A stretch of 64,000 bases of DNA from a virus. Below are positions 1-9,616 of this stretch, in pieces. The stretch lies in IMG/VR virus record IMGVR_UViG_3300042922_000982, positions 64,001-128,000 of that record, one strand, 5' to 3'. The translations under genes were made by a program, and so were the position numbers. Positions within the stretch are counted from its first letter, which is position 1. Each line of letters begins with the position of its first letter. The notes under the pieces are model-generated. The model ran no database searches, was not told the DNA's origin, and saw nothing but the letters and a program-made list of their open reading frames with translations.

Positions 1-37
1 TCTGCGCCCCTGCACCCCCTGACCGAAAGGATCCCCC

Positions 38-379
38 ATGCCCAGCGAGCACAAGAAACAACGGCAGCATAACTACGTGTCGAGCATCCAGCGGCGGCTG
101 CACGCGAGCGCCACGCACAACACCGCCATCGAGTCAGAGAACGCCCGGATGCGCGAAGAGTTGGAGCATGCGAAGCGCATTTTCGAGGCCCTGCCGGGCC
201 CCGGCGCCATGTTGACCGCCAAGCGGATCGACACCTTCCTCGGCACCCTCGAGCCCGACTGGACGGCGCGCTTCCGCGCGACGCTCAAGGAGCTGAAGGA
301 CCTCCCCGAGCCCGAGTTCCAGGCCCGCGTGCAAGCGGCCAAGGAAGCGGCGAAAGCCGCCCAGACCCCCACTTCGTAG
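38..379 (+). CDS. hypothetical protein
   Basis: GAAAGGA RBS; GC3-rich codon usage. Confidence 0.75.
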   Translation: MPSEHKKQRQHNYVSSIQRRLHASATHNTAIESENARMREELEHAKRIFEALPGPGAMLTAKRIDTFLGTLEPDWTARFRATLKELKDLPEPEFQARVQAAKEAAKAAQTPTS

Positions 380-405
380 ATCCCCCACCATCAAGGAGAA
401 CCGCC

Positions 406-1293
406 ATGAGCAATTCCACACCCCCAACGCCCCGGCCGCCCCGCCGGGTGCACCCCGAGTTCCTCGCGGGCTACACCCAGGCCCTTCAAGACGTCGGCGA
501 GACGATCGCCGCCATGGAGAACCTGAGCGACGAGGACAAGGGGCGCATCGGCTGGGGCCTGTTCCTCAAGGTCACCCTGGGCGTAAACGGCAAGTACGAG
601 GCGCACGACACGGAGCGCCCGAACGTGACGGCCGCGATCGCCGAAACGGTCGACGGCATCATCGACTGCCTCAACCACCTGGGCGGGGTGCGCAAGCACC
701 CGCGCGTCGGCCAGACGGTCGAAATTCAGGCGGCCAAGCCGCGCGGCGCCAAGGTCGGCTGGGGCTACGAGGGCGCAAGCACGGTCTACTGCCTCGCGTG
801 CAAGCCGGAGGAGCGCATCAACCTGCTGCCCTTCTACGAGACCGATTTGGCCGACCTCAAGACCGCCAAGCACAGCGGCCGGTGCGACAGCTGCGCCGCC
901 GACCTGGGGCCCGCCAAGCACTGGCACGTCCGGGTCTACGAGGGCGCAAGCAGCGCGCCCTACCAGGACGATGCGCACGCCACGGACGCGCTGGCGCGCC
1001 AGGGTGTGAGCTACTGGAAGGCGCACGCCCGGCCGGGATCCAACATCACCAAGGATTCCTGCACCCGCGCCGAGTGCCAGCCGACGGGGCCGAACGGGCA
1101 CCGCGCGATCGTGCCCGCGCCGAGCGGCTTCCCCATCCTCACCGAGGGCGAGGCGGCCCGCGAGGCGCTGCGCCCGCCCCAGCGCGCAGCCACGCCCGAG
1201 GCCGTGTGCGGCGAGTGCGGCGCGAGCTACCCGTACACGGGCGATCGCCAAGAGCGGCCCCTGCGCTGCCCCCGGTGCCGGGGGAAGGCATGA
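406..1293 (+). CDS. hypothetical protein with several CxxC motifs
   Basis: AAGGAGAACCGCCATG start; CLAC, CDSC, CGEC, CPRC. Confidence 0.8.
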   Translation: MSNSTPPTPRPPRRVHPEFLAGYTQALQDVGETIAAMENLSDEDKGRIGWGLFLKVTLGVNGKYEAHDTERPNVTAAIAETVDGIIDCLNHLGGVRKHPRVGQTVEIQAAKPRGAKVGWGYEGASTVYCLACKPEERINLLPFYETDLADLKTAKHSGRCDSCAADLGPAKHWHVRVYEGASSAPYQDDAHATDALARQGVSYWKAHARPGSNITKDSCTRAECQPTGPNGHRAIVPAPSGFPILTEGEAAREALRPPQRAATPEAVCGECGASYPYTGDRQERPLRCPRCRGKA

Positions 1294-1619
1294 GCGCGCC
1301 CGTTACATTCGAGCGCTCGGTCGAGGTCGTCTATGACGGCCTCGACTACCCGCGCTCCGACCTGGTGTTCAAGGTCGCGGGCCCCGGCGGCCAGCTCTGG
1401 TACACGATCGACGTCGTCCTCAACTGCGGCCCGATCAGCGGCAGCCTGGGCTACACCAACAAGGCCGGGGAGTACGAGGACCACCTGCACTACCCCATCC
1501 AGATGGCTTGCGAGAAAGCCTTCAACGAGGGCGGCCCGGAGGCCCTGTATGCCGTGATGGAGGCGTACTACATCGATCACATCTACCTGTTCACCGACGA
1601 CGAGGACGACACCCCATGA
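1290..1619 (+). CDS. hypothetical protein
   Basis: ATGA overlap with upstream stop; 3' part of ORF 798..1619. Confidence 0.7.
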   Translation: MSAPVTFERSVEVVYDGLDYPRSDLVFKVAGPGGQLWYTIDVVLNCGPISGSLGYTNKAGEYEDHLHYPIQMACEKAFNEGGPEALYAVMEAYYIDHIYLFTDDEDDTP

Positions 1620-1969
1620 CCCCACGCAAACCCAAGCCGGGCTCGGACGGCGAGTGGCTGATCGACATCAACCTGGCTTATACGCGCGGCGAGCTGCGCG
1701 AGATCCTGCGGCGCTACGGCTACGAGGGCACCGAGGCGCAAGTCCAAGTCCTGGCCCGCGAGTTCGACCATGCGTACTCGGGCGCGCTCAACTTCGCGGC
1801 GGGCGAGTCCTACCAGGGCATCGAGGGCATGGCCCTGCGGGGGGCGATCGCCGAGGGGCACCTGCCGCTCACCGCGTCGGGCCGAACCCTGCTGTACGCG
1901 GCGAGCGATGAGCCTCGCAACGAGGCGGGGCTGGCGCTCGCCCCCATGCCCGACTGGAGGGCCACATGA
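1616..1969 (+). CDS. hypothetical protein
   Basis: ATGA overlap, GAGGA RBS. Confidence 0.7.
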   Translation: MTPRKPKPGSDGEWLIDINLAYTRGELREILRRYGYEGTEAQVQVLAREFDHAYSGALNFAAGESYQGIEGMALRGAIAEGHLPLTASGRTLLYAASDEPRNEAGLALAPMPDWRAT

Positions 1970-2220
1970 CCAAGGATACCCCCCCTATGTTAACCAGACG
2001 ACCGCGCAAATCCAAACCCTACGCCCCGAAGGAGATCATGACCGTGACGTGGGGGGTGTCGGCCTCGTGCGTCCGCCTGCCGGACGGGCGCTACGAGGTC
2101 ACGTTCCACATCGGCGCCACCCCGCACACGGCCGTCGGCATGACGGCCCGCGACGCCTGGCACCGCGCCTGCCTGCGCTACCAGGACACGCAAAACGGCA
2201 ACGGGGGGCGCGCGTCATGA
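1966..2220 (+). CDS. hypothetical protein
   Basis: GGAGG RBS, ATGA overlap. Confidence 0.65.
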   Translation: MTKDTPPMLTRRPRKSKPYAPKEIMTVTWGVSASCVRLPDGRYEVTFHIGATPHTAVGMTARDAWHRACLRYQDTQNGNGGRAS

Positions 2221-2825
2221 GCGCGCCCGCCTTCCGCCTGCTCGCCATCTGTCCGGCGTGCGACGGCGAGATTCGGGCAGGCGCCTTGAGTGACGCCCAG
2301 GGCCTTCAAGAGGGCGAGACGCGCGTCATCTTCAACGACACGCACAAGGGGCAGCATTGTGAGACGTGCGGCAAGGCGTACCGCATCACCTTCACCGGCA
2401 CCGGCGGCGGCGGCTTCACGGTCGCCGTCGAGCCGAACCCCGAAGGCGATCGCGGGCGCTACGCCGTCCTGCTCAAGCTAGACGCGCCGGGGCTCGAAAG
2501 CCCCCTCTTCGTCCTGCTCGATCGCCCCGGCCTGCCGAGCCAGTACTACATCGAGGAGGGCTCGTGCCCGACCAACTTCACCGACGAGATCGTCAAGGTC
2601 TACGAGGTGGCCGACGGCCGGGTGGAGGGCCGGGCCGTTGACGACGACCCCCACGGCCTGTTCACCATGGTCGGCTGGCTGCCGCACCCCGGCGATCGCA
2701 CCAACGAGGAGAGCCAGGCGTTCGAGGCCCAATGGCTCACCGTCATGGAGGCGATCGCCGCATCCCTCAAGGAGACCCCCAACGCCGCGTGGTATCCCGA
2801 ATGGGGTATCGAGCTGCCCGAGTGA
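2217..2825 (+). CDS. hypothetical protein, N-terminal Zn ribbon (CPAC..CETC)
   Basis: ATGA overlap; CxxC pairs. Confidence 0.75.
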   Translation: MSAPAFRLLAICPACDGEIRAGALSDAQGLQEGETRVIFNDTHKGQHCETCGKAYRITFTGTGGGGFTVAVEPNPEGDRGRYAVLLKLDAPGLESPLFVLLDRPGLPSQYYIEEGSCPTNFTDEIVKVYEVADGRVEGRAVDDDPHGLFTMVGWLPHPGDRTNEESQAFEAQWLTVMEAIAASLKETPNAAWYPEWGIELPE

Positions 2826-2839
2826 AAGGAGGCCCCGCC

Positions 2840-3094
2840 ATGGAGGCCATCGAGGACTGGCGGTGCCCCAAGTGCCGCCACACGTTCAAGACCCTGCGCG
2901 GCTTCGACCGGCACAAGTGCAAGCCGGATCCGCAAGCGGCCGGGCGCGCGGGCCAGCTGTTCGACGCGGGGGTTCGGCAAGCCGCCGCCTACCAGGCCGC
3001 CCACAAGCGGGCCCAACCCCCGGAGCGCCGGGGGCGCAAGCCCAAGCCCCGCACAACCAGCCAAGAAGGAGAAACCCGTGACACCCCAAGATGA
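2840..3094 (+). CDS. small Zn-finger-like protein (CPKC..HKC)
   Basis: AAGGAGG RBS. Confidence 0.65.
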   Translation: MEAIEDWRCPKCRHTFKTLRGFDRHKCKPDPQAAGRAGQLFDAGVRQAAAYQAAHKRAQPPERRGRKPKPRTTSQEGETRDTPR

Positions 3095-3299
3095 CGACGT
3101 GTCGATTCCCGGCTTCGCCGGGCCTCGCCGCATGAGCGCCCGGCAAGCCCGCGCCGAGGGCTTCGAGGTGGCGGCGCACGTCCCCGACGACGCCCAGATG
3201 GACGTGTGGGGCACCCCGGACAAGCCCGAGCCCGAGCCCGAGGGCTACAGCCTCGAAACCCTGATCCTGGCCTCGGCCTGGCGCATCCGCCTGCCGTAA
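3078..3299 (+). CDS. hypothetical protein
   Basis: AAGGAG RBS before GTG. Confidence 0.65.
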   Translation: MTPQDDDVSIPGFAGPRRMSARQARAEGFEVAAHVPDDAQMDVWGTPDKPEPEPEGYSLETLILASAWRIRLP

Positions 3300-3330
3300 C
3301 CCCCTACCCCCAACCCGAAAGGAAAACCCC

Positions 3331-3516
3331 ATGCCCAAGGAGAAAAAGCCCAACTTCATCAGCGCCGCGTTCACGCGGTTCATGGTGGGGCTCTGCTACA
3401 AGATGGCGGCGGTGCTGCAACAGCGCCACCCCGCCTACCAGCACATGACCGTCGATCAGGTGTACGAGGCGGTTTACGACCGCACCGCCAAGAAGCTGGG
3501 CCGCCAGAATGGATAG
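3331..3516 (+). CDS. hypothetical protein
   Basis: GAAAGGA RBS. Confidence 0.7.
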   Translation: MPKEKKPNFISAAFTRFMVGLCYKMAAVLQQRHPAYQHMTVDQVYEAVYDRTAKKLGRQNG

Positions 3517-3766
3517 CCGCCAACTGGCCAACCTGCTGCTCGGCGACTTGCGCCAGGCCGGAATCGTCGTCACCAAGGACGGCGAGCCCGCCATCGAAGA
3601 GGCGCATGCCGCGATCGTGGAGCGGCTGAGCCACTTCACCAACGACGCAACCGTGCGAACCCTCGATCGGGCCCTCGGGGCGATCGGCTCTGCCTCGCAA
3701 GCCCTCGACGACATTCGGGAGCAAGTCCGCGAGGCCAAGGAGCTGCAAATTCGCGATGTCAGATAA
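3509..3766 (+). CDS. hypothetical protein
   Basis: overlapping operon packing. Confidence 0.65.
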   Translation: MDSRQLANLLLGDLRQAGIVVTKDGEPAIEEAHAAIVERLSHFTNDATVRTLDRALGAIGSASQALDDIREQVREAKELQIRDVR

Positions 3767-3779
3767 TATCAATTATCTG
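3760..3779. promoter_or_regulatory. AT-rich palindrome CAGATAAT-ATCA-ATTATCTG, candidate operator
   Basis: perfect 8-bp inverted repeat in an otherwise GC-rich genome. Confidence 0.4.
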
Positions 3780-3856
3780 GCAAACGCCCGAAAGCCGCGC
3801 CAACACTAGCTCGTTTTTCGGGCTCGTGTTACCCTGGAAAACCCCGCGATCTGGCC

Positions 3857-3885
3857 TTGATCTGGCGTGATCGCGGGCATAAACT
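3857..3885 (+). promoter_or_regulatory. sigma-70-type promoter TTGATC-N17-TAAACT
   Basis: canonical spacing, upstream of ORF 3921. Confidence 0.55.
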
Positions 3886-3920
3886 ATTGACAACACGCAC
3901 CCTTAACTTGGAGGACCGCC

Positions 3921-4181
3921 ATGTCACTTGATACCCACCGCGCCATGCGCACCGACAAGCCCATGCCCATCTTGATGGCCCTCGAAGGCACCGCGCCGCG
4001 CGTGATCGACACGACCACGGACATCGAGGCCGCCCGGCACATCGCCCAGCACTACGTGGCGAGCTACCTGCGCACCTGGAACGCCAACGGGGCCCCCGCG
4101 CCCGCTCCCCGGTTCAACGCCAGCTGGAACGGGATCGCGGTGCTCGCGGGCGGGGCCGTGATTATCGAGGTAGACGAGTGA
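3921..4181 (+). CDS. hypothetical protein
   Basis: GGAGGACCGCCATG start. Confidence 0.7.
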   Translation: MSLDTHRAMRTDKPMPILMALEGTAPRVIDTTTDIEAARHIAQHYVASYLRTWNANGAPAPAPRFNASWNGIAVLAGGAVIIEVDE

Positions 4182-4522
4182 GCGCGCCCCTGACCCGCCA
4201 CGTGGTGATCAACGGCCGGACCGAGGTCCGCACGGTGCACCACCTCCCCGGCTTGGGCTACCAGGATCACAAGACCGGCCACATGTACTACGAGGCCGAC
4301 GTCTTCACCAGCTACGGCGAGGCGTACGCCGTGCGCCGGGGGCACGGGCGCGAAGCCTGCTCGCCGTCGGGCAAGACGATCGCCTATCCGCTCTACGAGC
4401 ACGACCTCTTCAACATCGAGGGGTACGATTGCGACGGCCCCACCACCCTTCCCCTGGGCGACCTCGACTGGTTGATCGCCCGCTTGCAGGCCATCAAGGC
4501 CGCCACCCCGCCCCCCCACTAG
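4178..4522 (+). CDS. hypothetical protein
   Basis: GTGA overlap. Confidence 0.7.
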   Translation: MSAPLTRHVVINGRTEVRTVHHLPGLGYQDHKTGHMYYEADVFTSYGEAYAVRRGHGREACSPSGKTIAYPLYEHDLFNIEGYDCDGPTTLPLGDLDWLIARLQAIKAATPPPH

Positions 4523-4551
4523 GCCCGCGCCAACGGGCAAGGAGAACCGCC

Positions 4552-5115
4552 ATGACCCACGAAAGCAAGCTCATCACCGTAACCCCCGCCCTCAAGGTGA
4601 AGCAGTTTGACTCGCGCTACTATGGAGGCCCGTACGGCGGCGTCCCTCACTCCGGATCCAGGAACTACCGCATCGCCCCCGAGAACGCCTCCGACAAGGT
4701 CGAGGATTCGATCGGTCAGGTCTGCTTCGAACGCGGGCACGGCTGGGCCGCTTTCCTGTACCGCGATCGTGCGCAGGCGATCCAGCTGATCCACGATCCC
4801 GTCTCGGGCACCCGGTACTGGGACACCAAGGACCTGGCCATCGCCGCCCTGGTTAAGCACCGAGCCGACCCCGCCAAGGTCGAGCGGCTCGAACGGACGC
4901 ACCGCCTGCACACCGAGGCCAGAGACCTCCGCGAGCTGGCGGGCAAGCTCCAGGGCGCGCTCAACGCCGCCCGTCGCCTGGAGAACGGCATCGACAACGG
5001 CCGGGTGGTCGCGATCGCCCGTGAGCTGGACGAGATGATGCTGCACGCGATCAAGCTGACGGACGAGGCCAAGGCGATTAACCTGGCGGCCCGTCAAGGC
5101 GTACCGATCGATTAA
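4552..5115 (+). CDS. hypothetical protein
   Basis: AAGGAGAACCGCCATG start. Confidence 0.8.
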   Translation: MTHESKLITVTPALKVKQFDSRYYGGPYGGVPHSGSRNYRIAPENASDKVEDSIGQVCFERGHGWAAFLYRDRAQAIQLIHDPVSGTRYWDTKDLAIAALVKHRADPAKVERLERTHRLHTEARDLRELAGKLQGALNAARRLENGIDNGRVVAIARELDEMMLHAIKLTDEAKAINLAARQGVPID

Positions 5116-5123
5116 CACCCGCC

Positions 5124-5160
5124 GGGCCCCCAGGAACGGTTTTCCGGGGGCCCGGATAAC
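5124..5160 (+). promoter_or_regulatory. repeated promoter-like element, copy 1 (GGAAC-N16-GGATAA)
   Basis: GGAAC 5133, GGATA 5154. Confidence 0.75.
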
Positions 5161-5225
5161 GAAACACAGGTGCCCCACCGTGGGGCGCCGATAGCCGCCC
5201 GCGCCAACGGGCAAGGAGAACCGCC

Positions 5226-5867
5226 ATGACCACTGGAGTCGTTCATCGCTACATCGCCGATCTCGTCAAGGTGCGCCACGCCCCCGTGCGCTATGATCAC
5301 GCGGCGAGCCGATACCTGGACCTCGACAACGACGTCTTTTACCCCAAGGACCGCGTCTGGGACTACAAGAAGAACGCCCAGGAGGCCAACGATCCGGCCA
5401 CCGCCGAGGAGGTCCTGCTCGCCATGGCCGTGGAGGTGGTGGCCGCCGCGCCGGGCGAGTTTAGCTTCGACGGGCTCGTCGATCACCTGCTCGCGCCGCG
5501 CCGCGCGCCGCTGATCTCGACCCCGGCGCGCGACGCGCGCCTACGCGCGCTGCCGCACCACCACGCCCTGCGCACGGCCGACATGACCATGGTGCACGTC
5601 CGGCCCCGGCTGGAGCGGGTGATCCGCGAGGCGGTCGCCAAGGAGGGCTTTATCGAGGTGGGCATCTGGCGCAGCCTCTACCCGGCCGGGCACCACTACC
5701 CCTGTGACGTGTGGGACGTGCGAAAGCGCGAGTTCGCGGCCAGGGGGCTCACCCGCCGGGCGGCCGAGCTTGAAATGGTGCGGCTCGCCAAGGCGAACGG
5801 CTCGCGCTACCAGGTGGTGGCCGATCACCAGACGCTCGACTCCTATTACCCGTACGGGCAGGACTAG
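5226..5867 (+). CDS. hypothetical protein
   Basis: AAGGAGAACCGCCATG start. Confidence 0.8.
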   Translation: MTTGVVHRYIADLVKVRHAPVRYDHAASRYLDLDNDVFYPKDRVWDYKKNAQEANDPATAEEVLLAMAVEVVAAAPGEFSFDGLVDHLLAPRRAPLISTPARDARLRALPHHHALRTADMTMVHVRPRLERVIREAVAKEGFIEVGIWRSLYPAGHHYPCDVWDVRKREFAARGLTRRAAELEMVRLAKANGSRYQVVADHQTLDSYYPYGQD

Positions 5868-5871
5868 CGCC

Positions 5872-6192
5872 ATGGGCACCTGGATGATCTACCGCACCCC
5901 TCACGCGCGCAGCACGCACTTCTGCCGGGACGTGCTGGAGGCGCTTGACCGGGCGATCGCCCGCGCCAAGCTCATGGCCGAGGACGGCATCCCCATCACG
6001 CGGCACGGCGCCCGGCACTGGTCGGACGGCGTGGAGCAAGGCGGTCACGAGATTCGCGTCGTGACCGGCCCCGCCTGGAAGGCGCGCGCCGTCGAGCGCG
6101 CCATGGAAACCCTGCTCACCCCTGCCCCCTACCCGGCCGCCCTGCACAACGGGGCGGCCATCACCGAGGAGAATCCCCATGCCCATCACTGA
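5872..6192 (+). CDS. hypothetical protein
   Basis: operon packing, codon usage. Confidence 0.65.
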   Translation: MGTWMIYRTPHARSTHFCRDVLEALDRAIARAKLMAEDGIPITRHGARHWSDGVEQGGHEIRVVTGPAWKARAVERAMETLLTPAPYPAALHNGAAITEENPHAHH

Positions 6193-6634
6193 GACCCCCT
6201 ACGGGGTGATCGACACCTGCGACGGCTGCGGCAAGCGCATCCGCGACAACACGACGCGCACCGTCATCCTCGAGCCCGGCGAGGGCCCCCGCCCGGCCAA
6301 GGAGGTCTGGCACGTCACCTGCCACGCCGTGCACATGAAGGCGCTCGGCTACGTCATGACCCAGCGCGACGGCGAGTGGGGCTGGGACTTGGCCCCCGAG
6401 CCCGACGTGACGATCACCTGGGGCTCAACGGTGTTCAAGCCCGCGCGCGGCGCCTGCGCCATGGCGGGCTGCGATCACCCGCCGGTCGTGATCCTCACGA
6501 CGATCACGGGCACGAAGCACCACATGGAGGCGTGCTCGGAGCACGGCGCGACGGTGCTCGACTTCGTGCGCGAGCGCGATCGCTACCGCCGCATCGGCCA
6601 GGAGATCGTGCCCATCACGGAGGTGGTTCAATGA
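6179..6634 (+). CDS. hypothetical Cys/His-rich protein
   Basis: GAGGAG RBS; CDGC..HVTC and C..C..CSEH motifs. Confidence 0.75.
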   Translation: MPITETPYGVIDTCDGCGKRIRDNTTRTVILEPGEGPRPAKEVWHVTCHAVHMKALGYVMTQRDGEWGWDLAPEPDVTITWGSTVFKPARGACAMAGCDHPPVVILTTITGTKHHMEACSEHGATVLDFVRERDRYRRIGQEIVPITEVVQ

Positions 6635-7095
6635 CCATGGACCCCACCCACCCCAGCTTCGGGGCGCCCCGGCCCCTCGATCGCATCCCCATGCGCTTCA
6701 CGCTCGACCTGATCGTGAGCCCGCAGTCCGACAAGGGCCCCATGCCCGAGCCGGGGGACATCGCGGCGGGCATCACCGCGATCCTGAAGGACTCGTTCTC
6801 GATGTCGGTCGGCGTGGGCGGCGGGTTCGTGCAGAGCCTGCGCCTCTTGCCCGCCATCGCGTCGGAGGCACCGCGTCGGCACGCGCCGTCTGAGCGGGCG
6901 ATCGTGGTGAGCGCCCCCGTGGGGGCCAAGGCGATCCACGTCGACATGCCCCACCGGCAAAGCGACGCGGTCGAGATCGCCCTGGTGAACGACGACATGA
7001 TCGACACCGGCATCCTGATGGATCCGGACACGGCCGAGGCGCTCGCGCACGCCATCCTGTTCCAGGTGGCGCGTCGGCGCGCCAACCCCTTGTAA
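6631..7095 (+). CDS. hypothetical protein
   Basis: GGAGG RBS, ATGA overlap. Confidence 0.7.
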   Translation: MTMDPTHPSFGAPRPLDRIPMRFTLDLIVSPQSDKGPMPEPGDIAAGITAILKDSFSMSVGVGGGFVQSLRLLPAIASEAPRRHAPSERAIVVSAPVGAKAIHVDMPHRQSDAVEIALVNDDMIDTGILMDPDTAEALAHAILFQVARRRANPL

Positions 7096-7171
7096 GAACA
7101 CCCCAGGGGCCTCCCCGGAGGCCCCGCTTGCCCCGCTGCCGGTTATCCGGAAACACCGAAAGGACTCCGCC

Positions 7172-7789
7172 ATGCTCCGCCTCTACGCCCAAATCACCCG
7201 CACCGCCCCCGCTCGCCGGGGCGGGAAGACCTATTACAGCGCCGTCGTGCGCCTGGGGCCCCCGGCGCTCTCGAGCGGCCACACCGAAGACGACCTGCTG
7301 GCCGTCCAGGCGATCAACACCACGCTGGTCACCGCGACGACCGTCAAGCCCCGGCCCCACTGGGGGTCGGTAGTCGGCGAGGTGATCGCCTCGGCGCGCG
7401 CCTTCTTCACCGTGCCCGACCGCGAGGTCAAGCTGGAGGTCTACGTGCCCGCGTTCACGGACGACGTCGCGACGCCCAAGCCGCTCGTCTACACGTTCAT
7501 CTTCGTCGAGTCCGAGCCCACCATGGAGTGGAACACGCCCCTGCCGCCCGGCGTGATGGCCACCCGCGACTTCACCATCGGCGATCGCGCGTTCATGGCG
7601 CGCGGGGTCTACGCCCTCACCGGCAGCCACCCGCACGACGGCCTGGTCGACATGCGCGATCACGCCTGCGGCGCGACGCACTTCGCCATCCCCATGATCG
7701 ACTTCGTGATCGCCGTGCGCGACGGCCGGTTCATCGCGGCCACGCGCCAGGTGGTGAAGCACCCCGAGTCCTTCGCGGTGGAGGCGTAG
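7172..7789 (+). CDS. hypothetical protein
   Basis: GAAAGGA RBS. Confidence 0.75.
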   Translation: MLRLYAQITRTAPARRGGKTYYSAVVRLGPPALSSGHTEDDLLAVQAINTTLVTATTVKPRPHWGSVVGEVIASARAFFTVPDREVKLEVYVPAFTDDVATPKPLVYTFIFVESEPTMEWNTPLPPGVMATRDFTIGDRAFMARGVYALTGSHPHDGLVDMRDHACGATHFAIPMIDFVIAVRDGRFIAATRQVVKHPESFAVEA

Positions 7790-7792
7790 CCG

Positions 7793-8074
7793 ATGAAGCG
7801 TTCCAAGTTCAGCGACGAGCAGCTCGCCGAGTGGCGCAAGGGGCTCAAGAAGGGCGACAGCGTGCGATTGCTGCGCGGTTTTACCTTCAAGCAGGAACCG
7901 TACTCGGTGTCGCACGAGACCGTCCAGTCGATCAGCCCCACCGGCCGCATCACCGTGTATGGCTACACCTTCAACCCGGACGGCACCCAGCGCGGCGGCT
8001 CGCGCGAGTCCGACGTCCGCATCGAGCCGTTCGCCCTGACACCCAAGAAGGAGGCCCCCAATGGCCAGCAGTAA
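7793..8074 (+). CDS. hypothetical protein (SH3/KOW-like beta pattern)
   Basis: GGAGG RBS; LKKGDSVRL. Confidence 0.7.
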   Translation: MKRSKFSDEQLAEWRKGLKKGDSVRLLRGFTFKQEPYSVSHETVQSISPTGRITVYGYTFNPDGTQRGGSRESDVRIEPFALTPKKEAPNGQQ

Positions 8075-8747
8075 CCCAGCGATCGCCCTCTATCGCTACA
8101 GCGTGCCCCCCGAGGACACCGTCCAGGGCTGGGGCATCTTCTTGATCGACAGCGTGGGCACGTTCACCTGCGTCACGGACTACGGAAACTATGCCTTCGC
8201 CTGGCGCCACACGGGCTACCACGACTTCCGGCGCTGGATCGTGGACATGGGCGAGCGGATCGCCAGCACGGGCTACTGCGACTACCTCTGCTCCAAGCTC
8301 GGCCGCGAGACCGCCTTCGATCCCGATCACTCCTTCGAGAAGATCGCGCGCTGCATCCTCGAGTCGCGGCGCGAGGGGCGCATCCCCGCCGATGCGACCG
8401 AAGCCGACGAATGGGCCCGGCGGGGGCGCAAGCATCCCTGGTATTACCACTTCGGCCCGTACGGCGGGCCCTACGACGGCGCGCGCGAGCAGTACGACCT
8501 GGCCGTGCAATTGCGCGACGGCGAGATCAGCCCCGACCTGTACGTCAACGACTCGCGGCTGTGCGACGCCTACGAATACCTGAGCTATGACTACCCGGCC
8601 GACCTGAAAATGTTCGCCACGCGACTGATGCCGCGCCTGGCCGCGATGGTGCGCCAGGAGCTTGAGGCCGAAGGGCTCTTGGGCGCCTGCTACACCTGCG
8701 GCGCCGACGTCCCCGCCTGCGGGCATCAGCAACCCCAGGCCAGCTAG
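8061..8747 (+). CDS. conserved-type phage hypothetical protein
   Basis: AAGGAGG RBS; TDYGNYAFAW..DYLCSK motif. Confidence 0.75.
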   Translation: MASSNPAIALYRYSVPPEDTVQGWGIFLIDSVGTFTCVTDYGNYAFAWRHTGYHDFRRWIVDMGERIASTGYCDYLCSKLGRETAFDPDHSFEKIARCILESRREGRIPADATEADEWARRGRKHPWYYHFGPYGGPYDGAREQYDLAVQLRDGEISPDLYVNDSRLCDAYEYLSYDYPADLKMFATRLMPRLAAMVRQELEAEGLLGACYTCGADVPACGHQQPQAS

Positions 8748-8776
8748 TCCACCCCACCTGCCGAAAGGATCCACCC

Positions 8777-9616
8777 ATGAGCACACCCCCGATTCGCGTA
8801 TTCTACCACGCCAACTGCACCGACGGCTTCGCCGCCGCCTTCTCAGCCTGGTTCAAGTTCAAGGACGACGCCACCTACCACGCGATCAACTATGGCCAGG
8901 CCATGCCCGCGATCGCCGACGGTGAGCGCGTCTACTTCCTCGACATCTGCCCGCCGCGCGCCGCGCTCGAAGCCCTGGCCGCGCGCTGCGAGGTGGTCGT
9001 GCTCGATCACCACGTCACCTCCGAGCAGGATATGGCCGGGCTTTCCTATGCCTACTTCGACAGCAAGCGTTCGGGCGCCATGCTCGCGTGGCGCTTCTTC
9101 CACCCGCAGACCCCGGCCCCGAGCGTGATCGACTACGTGCAGGATCGCGACCTGTGGCGCTGGGCGCTGCCGCACAGCCGCGAGGTATCGGCGGCCATCC
9201 GGACGCACCCCAAGGACTTCGAGGTCTGGCTGGCCCTGACCGGCCCCGGCGTGATCGGCGATCTTGTCACGCAAGGGTCGGCCGTCCTGGCCGCCCAGGC
9301 GATCGAGGTGGGCATCTTGGTCGCGCACGCGCGCCTGGGCACCGTGGCGGGCCACCAGGTGCCCGTGGTCAACACGGCAATCCACATCTCTGAAACCGGG
9401 GAGGCGCTGTGCGCGGCCTACCCCGACGCGCCCTTCGCCGCGACCTTCTACGTGGGCGCGGACGGCCGCGAGCGCTGGAGCCTGCGCGCCCACAACGGCT
9501 TCGACGTGTCGGTGGTGGCGCGCCTGCTCGGCGGCGGCGGCCACCGGGCGGCGGCCGGATTCAACCGCGAGGCGGCCCCCGCCGTCGTGATGACCCCGGA
9601 GGTGACCCCGTGCTGA
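8777..9616 (+). CDS. DHH/DHHA1 family phosphoesterase (NrnB-like)
   Basis: YHxNCxDG, FLD, LDHH, DRDLW, SLR, GGGGHxxAAGF motifs. Confidence 0.92.
   Translation: MSTPPIRVFYHANCTDGFAAAFSAWFKFKDDATYHAINYGQAMPAIADGERVYFLDICPPRAALEALAARCEVVVLDHHVTSEQDMAGLSYAYFDSKRSGAMLAWRFFHPQTPAPSVIDYVQDRDLWRWALPHSREVSAAIRTHPKDFEVWLALTGPGVIGDLVTQGSAVLAAQAIEVGILVAHARLGTVAGHQVPVVNTAIHISETGEALCAAYPDAPFAATFYVGADGRERWSLRAHNGFDVSVVARLLGGGGHRAAAGFNREAAPAVVMTPEVTPC

Larger units (their letters stand above)
4523..5232 (+). repeat. ~35-bp direct repeat GCCCGCGCCAACGGGCAAGGAGAACCGCCATGACC at ~4523 and ~5197
   Basis: exact repeat covering two consecutive gene starts. Confidence 0.85.
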
